Part shown: positions 45,660 through 54,839 of the stretch, piece after piece | Position numbering within the stretch: position 1 is the stretch's first letter | Layout: each line of letters opens with the position of its first letter | Assembly: GCA_040755975.1 (NCBI GenBank) | Contig: JBFLZY010000005.1 | Coordinates: 3,526 to 67,525, forward strand | Direction of reading: 5' to 3' | Length of the DNA: 64,000 bases | Source: Bacillota bacterium | GTDB lineage: Bacteria; Bacillota; Desulfotomaculia; Desulfotomaculales; Nap2-2B | Program-made: the position numbers and the translations under genes | Notes under the pieces: model-generated | The model's input: only the letters and a program-made list of their open reading frames with translations | Databases searched by the model: none | Told to the model about the DNA's origin: nothing

Positions 45660-46943
45660 TTAAGCGCCCCCCGCCCCCTCCTGCTTTGCCTGCCCTTCCC
45701 GGGACGATTCAATGCGCTTGATCTCTCCCGGTATCTCTACCTCGATTGTTTTCCCTTCCTGGGTAGTAATCCGCAACTTCGTCTTTGCTTTTTGCCGGTC
45801 GCCTTCAGGCTGCTTTCCCTCGCCTTCCTGTCCCCCCTGCCCGCCTTCGCTTTGGCCTTCTTCACCTGCCCCTTCCGCATCTCCCCCGCTGCCCCCTTCA
45901 CCCTGGTGCTGCCCGGCGCTCCGTCCCTCCTCCTTGCGCAGTTCTTTGCCCCACCGCTGTTCCAAAAGGTATCCATTGGTTTGGTCAATCAAGCGCACGG
46001 GCGTTATTTTGGCCGGCACGCTGTAATTACCGTTGCTTACCTGCGTGTCGTATTGCCAGTGCCCCGTTTTGGCCAGGCTGACCGCCGCATCCAAAATATA
46101 CTGGCCCATTAACTCGGGCATGGTGTCCACCTCGGCATCGTGCTCACCGGCGATTAAAGCGCGGGCGGCGGTCCGGTCGGCCCCTACCCCGGCAGTGATC
46201 ACCTGTTCGCTCAAGCCGGCAGATTTTAAAGCCGCCGCGGCCCCCGCGGCAAGGCGGCTGTCCGTGGCAAAAATAACCTCAATTTTGTTTTCCTTGAGGG
46301 CCTGCTGCACGTTAAGGGTGGCCCTGCCCTGGTCGTTGCGTACATGTTCCACTTCTTTGACTACCCGTATATTTTCATTAAAAACGCTGCGGATACCCTC
46401 TGCAATTTCCCGGGCCGCCGGGTCTCCGGGGTCTCCCTTTAAGATAAGCACGTTAAGAGGCTTTCGGGTACCGGCTGCACTTAATCCGTAGCGGGCCTGT
46501 AACTGTCCCGCCTGGAAGTGGTCGAAAGCTATATACCCGTCAAGAGGAGCATTGGGAATCAAATTTTCCAGGGCGAGTACTTTAATCCTGGCCCTGGCCA
46601 GATTTTCCACAAGGGGGGAGCTTTGCAACGGGTCAACCGCCTGCAAAACGACGACTTTTGCCTTCTGCCGCCCGGTCTTTTTAAGCAATTGTTCGATCTG
46701 CTTTTTTTGTTCCCGGGGGTCGTTTTTGGCGTCGAGCCAGGTTACGTCCAAGCGCTCGTTTTTGCTCCTTTTCTCCAAAGTTTTCCGCATAACTTGCATA
46801 CCGTCCCACTCCAGGTCAGAAACGGCAACAGCTATCTTCAGACGCGGCGGAAGGGGCTTCTTTTGCGGTTTGGGGCTGCAGCCGCCCATCAACAACATTA
46901 AGGCAGTTATTAATCCCAACCATTTAAAAGTTAAATTGCCCAT
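45660..46943 (-). CDS. lipoprotein with periplasmic-binding-protein (sugar-binding, type I) fold and a low-complexity Gly/Glu/Gln-rich C-terminal extension
   Basis: Lipobox LLMGGC. PBP1-like body (KIAVAVSDLEWDG...VVVLQAVD...). A ~110-aa tail reads EGGSGGDAEGAGEEGQSEGGQGGQEGEGKQPEGD... No transporter genes are adjacent. Confidence 0.6.
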   Translation of the reverse strand: MGNLTFKWLGLITALMLLMGGCSPKPQKKPLPPRLKIAVAVSDLEWDGMQVMRKTLEKRSKNERLDVTWLDAKNDPREQKKQIEQLLKKTGRQKAKVVVLQAVDPLQSSPLVENLARARIKVLALENLIPNAPLDGYIAFDHFQAGQLQARYGLSAAGTRKPLNVLILKGDPGDPAAREIAEGIRSVFNENIRVVKEVEHVRNDQGRATLNVQQALKENKIEVIFATDSRLAAGAAAALKSAGLSEQVITAGVGADRTAARALIAGEHDAEVDTMPELMGQYILDAAVSLAKTGHWQYDTQVSNGNYSVPAKITPVRLIDQTNGYLLEQRWGKELRKEEGRSAGQHQGEGGSGGDAEGAGEEGQSEGGQGGQEGEGKQPEGDRQKAKTKLRITTQEGKTIEVEIPGEIKRIESSREGQAKQEGAGGA

Positions 46944-47105
46944 CTCTTTCCCCTCCCTGTTTTATTTGTATTATGCTTAATCGCCAGGGAAATATGAGAC
47001 AGGCAATTACCTGCCAGTAATTAACAACTATTAACGTACATATAAATATTTTTAAAGAAATATTTAGTTTGGTTGGTGAGTTCCGGCCAATTCAGGGGTA
47101 TCAGC

Positions 47106-47423
47106 ATGTTGAAATTTATCCGGGCAAATATCTATAACTGGTTCGTCAGACAATCTGTCTACCACCGTTCAAAGCAGGCCAGCTTGCTGGACATGGTTGA
47201 CGAATCGCGCCTTTCCTGGCAAAATGCCCTCCAGGAATTCAACCTGGGTGACCAGGAAGTAGCCGACTATTTGATTTACAAAATTAATGCCGCGGAAAAA
47301 AGATACATGGTTTTGCTCAAACAAGCCCGCGCGCAAGGAATAACGGCCTGGCCTGGAGAGCAACTCAAGCCGGTTATTCCGGGGATAGCTAGCAGTGGGG
47401 AGAGTAGTGATGAGGATCGATGA
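47106..47423 (+). CDS. YaaL/DUF2508-family protein
   Basis: MLKFIRANIYNW... The pattern W..A..EF.....D..D..IY.I.AAEKRY..LLK.AR matches what I recall of DUF2508. Confidence 0.55.
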   Translation: MLKFIRANIYNWFVRQSVYHRSKQASLLDMVDESRLSWQNALQEFNLGDQEVADYLIYKINAAEKRYMVLLKQARAQGITAWPGEQLKPVIPGIASSGESSDEDR

Positions 47424-48027
47424 GCTCCCGGTACCTGGCGACCACTTGCTTGAAATCCTCCCAACTCTCCCGTTTCAGGCCGGGATTCCGGAGCAAGGCC
47501 GCCGGGTGGTAAGTAGGGAGGATAAAAACGCCCGCCCGGTTCACCCATTTTCCCCGGTCGCGCGTGATTTTTCCCTTCGGATCGAGAACTGCCTGCAGGG
47601 CGGCAGCGCCCAACAGGACCAAAATTTTGGGCTGTAAAATGCGCAACTGCGCATTTAAATTCGGGCGGCAGGCGGCTACCTCTTCTTCCGTAGGGGTGCG
47701 GTTCCCCGGAGGCCGGCATTTCACCACGTTGAGAATGTAAACGTGCTGGAAGCGTTCAAACCCGCAAACCTCCAAAATTTTATCCAACAGTTGGCCGGCC
47801 CGGCCCACAAAAGGGCGTCCCACCAGATCTTCGTCTGCCCCCGGCCCTTCTCCGCACAACACCACCCGGGCCTGCGGGTTCCCTTCGCCAAAAACCACGC
47901 CCCGGCAACCGGCCCTTAAATTACATCGCGTACACTCCTTAACCTTTTTCTCCAGTTCGTCCAGGTTCGTAATGCCGGATAGATCCCAATCCGGATCAGC
48001 GAATAAGCTGGTTTCCCCAAACAGCAT
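47389..48027 (-). CDS. family-4 uracil-DNA glycosylase
   Basis: CTRCNL...R...[21 protein letters not shown] and ...HPAALLR motifs. The ATG at 48027 follows GGGAGAG. Confidence 0.85.
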   Translation of the reverse strand: MLFGETSLFADPDWDLSGITNLDELEKKVKECTRCNLRAGCRGVVFGEGNPQARVVLCGEGPGADEDLVGRPFVGRAGQLLDKILEVCGFERFQHVYILNVVKCRPPGNRTPTEEEVAACRPNLNAQLRILQPKILVLLGAAALQAVLDPKGKITRDRGKWVNRAGVFILPTYHPAALLRNPGLKRESWEDFKQVVARYRELIDPHHYSPHC

Positions 48028-48089
48028 AGAGCACTCTCCCTTGCAAAGATCGGGCATAAAGAAAACATTCGAGCAAAAAATAAATTTTC

Positions 48090-48302
48090 GTTGCGCCTTA
48101 AGCCCGGCACTCACCGGCACTCAGTATGCTTACTGTTCTACTGTCTCAAATAGCACCGGCTGACCACGAAGCATCGCCAGTGAGTGCCGGAGTTCTTGAA
48201 TGCCCTACTGTTCCAGATCGCCCTGCCTGATGCCGAAGCAACCCGATTACCGGTGAGTGCCGGGTCGCTCGCCCGGACTAATTCCAGCCCTCTATTATCA
48301 TG
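48090..48302. repeat. second member of the 43.1-kb element family (opposite orientation), with 10-nt-unit arms CGGCACTCAC
   Basis: 48264-48302 matches 35/39 of the reverse complement of 43071-43109. CCCGGCACTCACCGG (48103-48117) is the exact reverse complement of CCGGTGAGTGCCGGG (48250-48264). Confidence 0.7.
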
Positions 48303-48414
48303 CTTTAAGGCTCGTCATAGGAAACCTTTTTCCTGCTTAGGCAACGAAAGCCGAATGCTGTTTGTTCTTTTTCTTTTCGCCAAAAACAGGCAAAATCCTC
48401 CTTATAAAGTCTCC

Positions 48415-48448
48415 CCAAAAAGCAAAAATCCCCCTCTTCCCGAGGGGG
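48415..48448 (-). terminator. rho-independent terminator downstream of the CooT-like gene
   Basis: On the minus strand, CCCCCTC-GGGAA-GAGGGGG is followed by ATTTTTGCTTTTT. Confidence 0.65.
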
Positions 48449-48465
48449 ACAAATTCCTCCGCAGG

Positions 48466-48654
48466 TTATTCTTTTTCTAAAATTATCCGGTGGTCAACCA
48501 GCGCAAGCTCGGCTATTCTGGCCTTGATAATTTTCCGCCGGCCGAAAATATCTTCCAGTATTAAACCATCCTCGTGCGGAACAACCTTATCTACCGCCTC
48601 CAAAAACAGTTCCTCCTGACCGTCCTTGCGCAGGTATGCGTTGGCTTCACACAT
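48466..48654 (-). CDS. CooT-family nickel-binding protein, 62 aa
   Basis: ATG at 48654 follows AGAGGTG. The N-terminus MCEANAYL is characteristic of CooT-like proteins. Confidence 0.65.
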   Translation of the reverse strand: MCEANAYLRKDGQEELFLEAVDKVVPHEDGLILEDIFGRRKIIKARIAELALVDHRIILEKE

Positions 48655-48804
48655 GGCCCATGCACCTCTTTGTTCAATAAAATCTATTGGCTGAGCAAGG
48701 CTCCCTGCCTGGCTTTCCATACCCGACCTCCGTGGTTCTCGCCTATTTCTGATTATATTACCTGCTCCTGTTCAAGTCAACGGCTAGCAAGGATCCTTTT
48801 TATT

Positions 48805-50046
48805 TCACTGCCTGTGCCGCTTCCAAAACTCTCCCCACCACTTCCCCAGGGGTCCGGCAGTGCTCAGCTCCACGAATGCTTCCTCAGTCCCCTCGGGAAC
48901 GGACAGCACGCCGAAAGCCCGGGGATTGTCGGCCACCGGGGCCACTTCCCGGCGGTAAATTTGCTCCCGGCCATGCAAAAATTCCACTTCCACCGGCCAG
49001 AAGAACCCCGCCAAAGCCGCCTGCAGGCCGGCGCGGTTAAACACTCGCTGCCCGTTTACGGATAAAATCAGATCTCCCGAGCGAATCCCCGCTTTCCAGG
49101 CGGGAGTGCCAGTAATCGTATCCAGCACGCGCACCCCCTGGGAAGAAGGAACGTAAACCGGACGCTCATGTAACTCCATCTTCTTCCCAACGTGGATAAC
49201 CAGTTCATGCCCCAGGGGCGAAAAGAAAGCCGCAGCCAGGGCGGCAAAACGGGAAGTCTGGGCTAAAACACTCAACAGCAGCAAAAGCAAACTATATATT
49301 CCCAGATATAACGCCGAAAGCCTGCTTTTTTGCCACGGGTTACGGGCGATGGCCAGGTCCCCGTACCCCAAACCGGCCACAACAGGGATCATGCTGTAAA
49401 CAACATTTTCCAGATTCTCCACCCCGGTAGGTTTGAACAGCGGCCACCAGTCCGGCATGTTGATCCCTTCGGGAGCCAGGGCATGCCCTACCACCACCAG
49501 CGCCACAATCGGGATGGGCCAGAACTTCTGCAGGGTAAATCCCCCCACCACCCGGCCATGCCTGTCTTTAAAATAGCCGGGCACCGCGCCTAAGTGACCG
49601 GAAGCCAGAATGAGCATACTTTCAACCATGTGCAAGATGGCAACCAGAGCCAGGATCTGGGCAACATTTAAGACTGGAAAACCAAAAACCAAACTTGTTA
49701 AAGCCAGCACCCCGCCGGCGTAGGCGAAACACAAAAAGCGCGCGTTAATCAGCATTAAGAGAATGGCCAACGGCCATAAATAAAGCAAGCCCGGGCCGGA
49801 TAGAGTAAGGCCCGCCACGACGATCAGCAAACTTCCGACCAGGCCGCCTACTGCCCCGCAGGCGGTGGCCACCACCGTATCCGACCAGACGTGGCGGGTT
49901 TTGACGCCAAAAAGGCCCTTCTTTACCGCGGACATCCGGTGATATTGCAGGGCTACCAGCAACACCACCACCCAAAATAAGGGCTCAAAAAACACTTTGG
50001 CCATTGAACCCAGCAGCAGCGGCAGGATGCGCTCAAAGGGGAACAT
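48805..50046 (-). CDS. polytopic membrane protein with C-terminal PDZ domain
   Basis: About 8 TM helices followed by GTPAWKAGIRSGDLILSVNGQRV (PDZ). It lies directly downstream of the Ctp protease gene. Confidence 0.7.
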   Translation of the reverse strand: MFPFERILPLLLGSMAKVFFEPLFWVVVLLVALQYHRMSAVKKGLFGVKTRHVWSDTVVATACGAVGGLVGSLLIVVAGLTLSGPGLLYLWPLAILLMLINARFLCFAYAGGVLALTSLVFGFPVLNVAQILALVAILHMVESMLILASGHLGAVPGYFKDRHGRVVGGFTLQKFWPIPIVALVVVGHALAPEGINMPDWWPLFKPTGVENLENVVYSMIPVVAGLGYGDLAIARNPWQKSRLSALYLGIYSLLLLLLSVLAQTSRFAALAAAFFSPLGHELVIHVGKKMELHERPVYVPSSQGVRVLDTITGTPAWKAGIRSGDLILSVNGQRVFNRAGLQAALAGFFWPVEVEFLHGREQIYRREVAPVADNPRAFGVLSVPEGTEEAFVELSTAGPLGKWWGEFWKRHRQ

Positions 50047-50061
50047 TATTTCACCAGCCTT

Positions 50062-51222
50062 TTAAGCTGCCTGCTTAAGCTTATCTTTGAGGATCTCCAC
50101 AGCTTTTCGCAGCTGCAAATCTTCCTTTCCGGGGTCCTGCCGAACAACCACGTCAGGTTCGATTCCCTTCTTGTGAATGTCGTGCCTGGCCGGCGTCAAA
50201 TACCGGCCAGTGGTTAACTTCAAACCGGCGCCGTTATCCAGCCTGAACAACTCCTGAACAATTCCCTTGCCGAAAGTTTTCTCGCCCACCAGAACACCGG
50301 CTTCGGTATCTTTGATCGCTCCGGCTAAAATTTCGGCCGCGCTCGCACTCGCCCTGTTTACCAGCACAACCAGCGGAATGCCCAGCCTATGGCCGTTAAC
50401 CGTATATGTTTCGTCCTTTCCCGCACGGTAGTGAATATAAACCACCGGTCCGCGGGGAATAAAATGCTCGGCCACCTTAACCGCCGCCCGCAATTCACCC
50501 CCGGGGTTATCCCGCAAATCTAAAAGCAGTCCCCGCATACCTTGCTTTTGCAAGCGCCTCAGCATGGCCTCCACTTCTTCCGGAGTCTTCATCGTAAATT
50601 GGGTCAGGGCCAGATAACCGATCCCCGTATTCGGGATCATGTAACCCTCCACGGTGGGCACGCTGATTTGTTCCCGGACAATCTCCAACTCACGGACTGC
50701 GGAATTGTCTTTCCGGGTAAGGGTTAACTTTATTTTGCTGCCCACCGGCCCCCGCATCAGGCCGACCGCCGTTTCCAGGTCCAACCCTTGCGTATCCCGG
50801 CCGTCTATTTTCACAATTATATCGCCCTCCGAAATCCCTTCCCGCTTAGCCGGCGTCCCCGGGTACGCCCGCACCACTGTTAAAACACCGTCCTTAACCG
50901 TGACCACAATACCCAACCCGCCGAACGTCCCGCTGATTTGTTCTTCCAGTTGGGCAAACATTTTGGGATTGAGATACACCGAATAAGGATCGTCCAGGGC
51001 CTCAACGAGCCCGCGGATAGCACCGTCCACCAGGTCGGTTACGTTGACGGGTTCCAAATAGCGGGAATTGATCAGCGACACCACTTTAAATAGATTCCCG
51101 AAATGTTTATAATTTGTCGCGATTATTCCTCCCGCCCCGATGATGACGAAAAAAATGAGGGCAGCGAGAACAATCAAACCACGCCAGAGCCAGCTCCTGG
51201 TGCTGTAAGGGTAATAACGCAA
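50062..51222 (-). CDS. S41-family carboxy-terminal processing protease
   Basis: PDZ (GTPAKREGISEGDIIVKIDG), LDLRDNPGG, and SASAAEI with GEKTFGKG motifs. Confidence 0.9.
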   Translation of the reverse strand: MRYYPYSTRSWLWRGLIVLAALIFFVIIGAGGIIATNYKHFGNLFKVVSLINSRYLEPVNVTDLVDGAIRGLVEALDDPYSVYLNPKMFAQLEEQISGTFGGLGIVVTVKDGVLTVVRAYPGTPAKREGISEGDIIVKIDGRDTQGLDLETAVGLMRGPVGSKIKLTLTRKDNSAVRELEIVREQISVPTVEGYMIPNTGIGYLALTQFTMKTPEEVEAMLRRLQKQGMRGLLLDLRDNPGGELRAAVKVAEHFIPRGPVVYIHYRAGKDETYTVNGHRLGIPLVVLVNRASASAAEILAGAIKDTEAGVLVGEKTFGKGIVQELFRLDNGAGLKLTTGRYLTPARHDIHKKGIEPDVVVRQDPGKEDLQLRKAVEILKDKLKQAA

Positions 51223-51436
51223 GCGGTTTCACCTGCCAGTTTCGGAATTGGGCGCAAAGCTTCCGGGCCAAAGGCACGAAAGAAAAGGGTGCCTTGATCA
51301 AATTCAGGCTTGCCTGACCGGTTCCTCAAAAGATACAGTATTATACTATACCAATCATACCACAATTAAAACCATAAATTTGGACAATAGGTGAAGTGGC
51401 GAAAAAAGACCGGCAAAAATCCAGTTTCCTAAATCA

Positions 51437-51532
51437 GGAATTGGGAATCAGGGATTGAGCATTAGGGAAATAAAGCCCGCCATTTTCCATCTCTTTCTTT
51501 TCCCCAATTCCCAATTCCCAATTCCCAATTCC
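51437..51532. repeat. hairpin element with GGGAATT heptamer arms (4 perfect CCCAATT repeats on the right arm)
   Basis: Left arm is GGAATTGGGAATCAGGGATTGAGCATTAGGGA. The reverse complement of CCCCAATTCCCAATTCCCAATTCCCAATTCC gives GGAATTGGGAATTGGGAATTGGGAATTGGGG. Confidence 0.7.
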
Positions 51533-51572
51533 ATAGACACCAGGGGAGTTAGCTTAAATGGCCTTATCCGGG

Positions 51573-52700
51573 TTACAAATACGAATTGGGGTCAACCGCC
51601 GAACCGTTAACCATAACCGTAAAGTGAAGGTGCGGACCGGTGGACATGCCTGTGCTGCCGACGCGGGCGATGGCCTGTCCCTTGACAACTTCCTGGCCTT
51701 CCGACACTAACTGCGCGGAAAGGTGGGCGTACAGGGTAACCACTCCCCCGCCGTGATCAAGCATCACCACCCGCCCGTAGCCGCTCATGTTGCCCACGTG
51801 CATAACCGTGCCGTCCTGGGCAGCGACCACCCTGGTTCCCGTGGGAGCAGGGATGTCAATCCCGTTATGAAAGCGGCTTACGCGCAGAATCGGGTGAATG
51901 CGGTAACCGTAACCGGAGGACACGGTGGTATATCCGGGCACGGGCCAGGTAAAGGCACCCTCTTTACGCGGAGTTTTCTTGGCCCGTTCCAGGGCGATTT
52001 GCCTTAAAATTTCCCTTTCCTGCGCTTCCAGCCGGTCGACTTCTTCCTGGTGCCGGCTTAGCTCGGCCTGGGCCGAGGCAACCAACGTTCTCTGTTGCAC
52101 CCGGTCTTGTTCCAGCTTTTGGCGGATTGCCTCCTGCTCCTGAATGAGCCCGGCAATCTGGTTGCGCTTATTTTCCAGTTCAGTTTTTGTTCTTAGAATA
52201 GCCTCCTGCTCCGCCTTCGCAAGACTGACCAGGCGGGCGTCGTGGGCAACAACCCGCTTGAGCAATTCGTAACGGTTAAGAAAGTCCCAAAAATCTTGAG
52301 AGTTAAAAAGCACTTCCAGGTAGCTTACCTGCCCGTAAAGATAAACGTCGTATAAACGCTTACCCAATTCCTGCCTGTTTTTGGCCAGCCTTGCTTCTGC
52401 TTCCTGCAGTGTCCTTTCCGCCTCCCGCAGGTCGGCCAGGGCAATCTGCAGGTTATCATTAAGCTCGAAAATTTTATTTTCCTTTTCGTTAATTACCCGG
52501 TTGATCTCGGTTAAACGATTGATATAGCGGTTAACTTCCTGCTTGTCGCGGCTTACTTCCTGTCTCTTCTGAAAAAGCTTGTCCCTGGTCTGCTGGAGTT
52601 TTTCTTCCAGACTGAGACCATAGGCTGCGTGCACCGAACTAAAGGCAAAGACGAACGTTAAAAAAAAGACGCAAATTTTTCGCCAGCCCGCTCCGGCCAC
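51573..52700 (-). CDS. coiled-coil M23-family peptidoglycan metalloendopeptidase (EnvC/PcsB-like partner of FtsEX)
   Basis: GTG at 52700 follows GCGGGGGGA. Signal/TM segment, ~230-aa coiled coil, then HNGIDI...GTRV...LDHGGG...YAHL...[12 protein letters not shown] as the LytM motifs. Confidence 0.85.
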   Translation of the reverse strand: MAGAGWRKICVFFLTFVFAFSSVHAAYGLSLEEKLQQTRDKLFQKRQEVSRDKQEVNRYINRLTEINRVINEKENKIFELNDNLQIALADLREAERTLQEAEARLAKNRQELGKRLYDVYLYGQVSYLEVLFNSQDFWDFLNRYELLKRVVAHDARLVSLAKAEQEAILRTKTELENKRNQIAGLIQEQEAIRQKLEQDRVQQRTLVASAQAELSRHQEEVDRLEAQEREILRQIALERAKKTPRKEGAFTWPVPGYTTVSSGYGYRIHPILRVSRFHNGIDIPAPTGTRVVAAQDGTVMHVGNMSGYGRVVMLDHGGGVVTLYAHLSAQLVSEGQEVVKGQAIARVGSTGMSTGPHLHFTVMVNGSAVDPNSYL

Positions 52701-52717
52701 TGCGTGATCCCCCCGCT

Positions 52718-53596
52718 TTAAACATTTAAGAAACGATGGACGGAAAGAACGCTGCCCGCCGCGCCAATAACGAACCCCAGGCCAATAACACAAAGAAAAA
52801 CAGGAATTAGCTCACTTAATTGGTAAACTACGGGAAGAAAAGGCATTAACCCATTTATCTCCCTGATCACAAGGAGGTAACCGTAATAAACGGTCACGGA
52901 AGCCAAAATTGCGCCGGCCAAACCCAGGAACATTCCTTCTAAAAGAAAAGGGAAGCGGATAAACCAGTTAGTTGCACCCAGAAACTTCATGATGCCGATT
53001 TCTTTCCGCCTGGAAAAAACAGAAACCCTGATAGTAGTAGAAATAAGGAACACCGCCGCCCCCCCCAGGATGACCATGGCTACCCAGCCGGCTACGCGGA
53101 TCCCGCGGGTGACGGTCAATAACTTTTCGACCAATCCCTGCCCGTAACGTACCTCCTCCACACCGGCCAGCTTCGCGATTTCCCCGGCCACCTGGGGAAC
53201 CTGCTGCGGCGCGTAGGTTTTCACCCGGAAAGCATCGGGCAGCGGGTTGTAATCCAGGCCCGCAAGCTTTTCGGCGCCAATGCTTTCCTGCATCCTTTCC
53301 AAAGCTGCTTCTTTCGAAATAAACTCTACTTCCGCCACCCCGGGCAAAAACTTAATCTTTTCGTTAAGCTGCTTGATCTCCTCGTTTTCAATGTTATTAA
53401 CTAAAAATACATTTATTTCCAGCATATTTTCCAGCGCAGCGGCTACTTTGTTAGCATTGAGCACCAGCAGCAAAGAGCATCCCAGAATAAACAAGGAAAC
53501 AGTCACCGTACCTACCGAGGCCAAAGAAAGCCAGCCGTTGCGCCGCATGGAGGCAAAAGCTTCCCGGAAATAATAACGGACCGTATTAAGCCCCAT
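52718..53596 (-). CDS. ftsX: cell-division ABC transporter permease FtsX
   Basis: [14 protein letters not shown]..., 4 TM helices and a large extracellular loop. The ATG at 53596 overlaps the ftsE 3' end by 11 nt. Confidence 0.85.
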   Translation of the reverse strand: MGLNTVRYYFREAFASMRRNGWLSLASVGTVTVSLFILGCSLLLVLNANKVAAALENMLEINVFLVNNIENEEIKQLNEKIKFLPGVAEVEFISKEAALERMQESIGAEKLAGLDYNPLPDAFRVKTYAPQQVPQVAGEIAKLAGVEEVRYGQGLVEKLLTVTRGIRVAGWVAMVILGGAAVFLISTTIRVSVFSRRKEIGIMKFLGATNWFIRFPFLLEGMFLGLAGAILASVTVYYGYLLVIREINGLMPFLPVVYQLSELIPVFLCVIGLGFVIGAAGSVLSVHRFLNV

Positions 53597-54272
53597 AACT
53601 GTAAGCCCCGCTTTCTTCATCGCGGACTACCCGGCCTTTGGCGAGCGCAACCACCCGTTTCTTCATGGCATCCACAATATCCCACGCATGCGTGGCCATG
53701 ATAATGGTCGTTCCCTGTTCATTAATCTTTTGAAAAAGCCGCATTAAATCCCAGGAAGTGTCGGGATCGAGATTGCCCGTGGGTTCATCGGCAATCAACA
53801 ACAGCGGGTTATTCACCAGCGCCCTGGCCACGCAAACCCTTTGCTGCTCGCCGCCGGAAAGCTGGTGGGGAAGCATTTTCGCTTTTCCTTCCAAACCGAC
53901 CAGTTTTAATACTTCCGGTACCCGCCTCTTGATTTCCTTTGGAGACGCTCCGGTTACCTCGAGGGCAAAAGCTACATTTTCGTATACATTTTTTTGCGGC
54001 AGCAGGCGAAAATCCTGAAAAACCATCCCGATTTTCCGGCGGTGGAAAGGAACCTCCCGGGAGCGCATCCGCACGACATTTTTCCCGTTAAAAATGATTT
54101 GCCCCCGCGTAGGCAATTCCTCGCGAAAAACAAGTTTCGCCAGGGTGGTTTTACCAGCCCCGCTGGGACCAACCAGAAATAAAAAATCTCCTTTGCGCAC
54201 GTGGAGGTTAACGTTCTCCAGCGCGATGACCCCGTTCGGGTATACCTTGGAGACGTTGTAAAGCCGGAGCAC
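53586..54272 (-). CDS. ftsE: cell-division ATP-binding protein FtsE
   Basis: GPSGAGKTT, LSGGEQQR and LLIADEP motifs, 228 aa. Confidence 0.9.
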   Translation of the reverse strand: MLRLYNVSKVYPNGVIALENVNLHVRKGDFLFLVGPSGAGKTTLAKLVFREELPTRGQIIFNGKNVVRMRSREVPFHRRKIGMVFQDFRLLPQKNVYENVAFALEVTGASPKEIKRRVPEVLKLVGLEGKAKMLPHQLSGGEQQRVCVARALVNNPLLLIADEPTGNLDPDTSWDLMRLFQKINEQGTTIIMATHAWDIVDAMKKRVVALAKGRVVRDEESGAYSYGA

Positions 54273-54341
54273 AAAAGAACACCTCAGGGTTTTATTTCGA
54301 CACTAAATCAGCAAGATCCTCTCGAAAAAGCAAAATATTAC

Positions 54342-54725
54342 TTAATTGATCGTTAAAAATTTTGCCGTGGCCCGGACGGCCTGCCGGCCATCGGGCAAGA
54401 TTATCCGGGCAGCCAGCTGGTAGAGCCGCCGGTAGTTTTTTTCACAGAAAGCTTCCACGGTTATTTCCTGCCCGATCGCCACGGGCAGGCTGAACCGGAC
54501 GTTCATTTCCGCCGTCATCGCCTTGATCTGTTTCCGCCACAGCCATTGAGCCATGGCTTCGTCCAGCAGAGTGACGAGCAGCCCGCCGTGAACATGCCCG
54601 TCCCACCCCTGGTGGTTTTCGTTCCCGGTAAAAACGGCGCGGCAGATTTCATCCTCCAGGTCAAATTTTAAGTGCAAACCGACGGGATTTTGCGGACTGC
54701 AGGCAAAGCACATACTGTCCCGCAT
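54342..54725 (-). CDS. PaaI-type hotdog-fold thioesterase
   Basis: ATG at 54725 follows GGAGGAGGGG. HGGLLVTLLDEAM is the PaaI-like motif. Confidence 0.7.
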   Translation of the reverse strand: MRDSMCFACSPQNPVGLHLKFDLEDEICRAVFTGNENHQGWDGHVHGGLLVTLLDEAMAQWLWRKQIKAMTAEMNVRFSLPVAIGQEITVEAFCEKNYRRLYQLAARIILPDGRQAVRATAKFLTIN

Positions 54726-54743
54726 GAGGGACCCCTCCTCCAC

Positions 54744-54839
54744 AAAATAAATAACTGCAAAGATTTAAAGAATTAAAAGTAAGGCTTAATTATTGGCAAC
54801 TATTTAAAGAAACCGCTCGAATTAATCCGGGGCATAAGG
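54744..54839. repeat. composite copy of dispersed modules (AAAATAAATAACTGCAAAGA... + GAAACCGCTCGAATTAATCCGGGGCATAA)
   Basis: The first block is similar to 13995-14020 and 5097-5120. The second block is similar to 3746-3778. Confidence 0.5.

Noticed and set aside
44634-46112. 492-aa plus-strand ORF spanning uvrB and the PBP-lipoprotein gene
   Set aside because: It is antisense to two well-supported genes and crosses their intergenic region. No motifs are present.
51503-51530. CRISPR array or other spacer-containing repeat (here, and for the octamer and heptamer tracts at 5107, 25927, 42994, 43170 and 60925)
   Set aside because: The units are only 7-10 nt long and directly adjacent, with no spacers. 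They are arranged as inverted arms. No cas genes are in the window.
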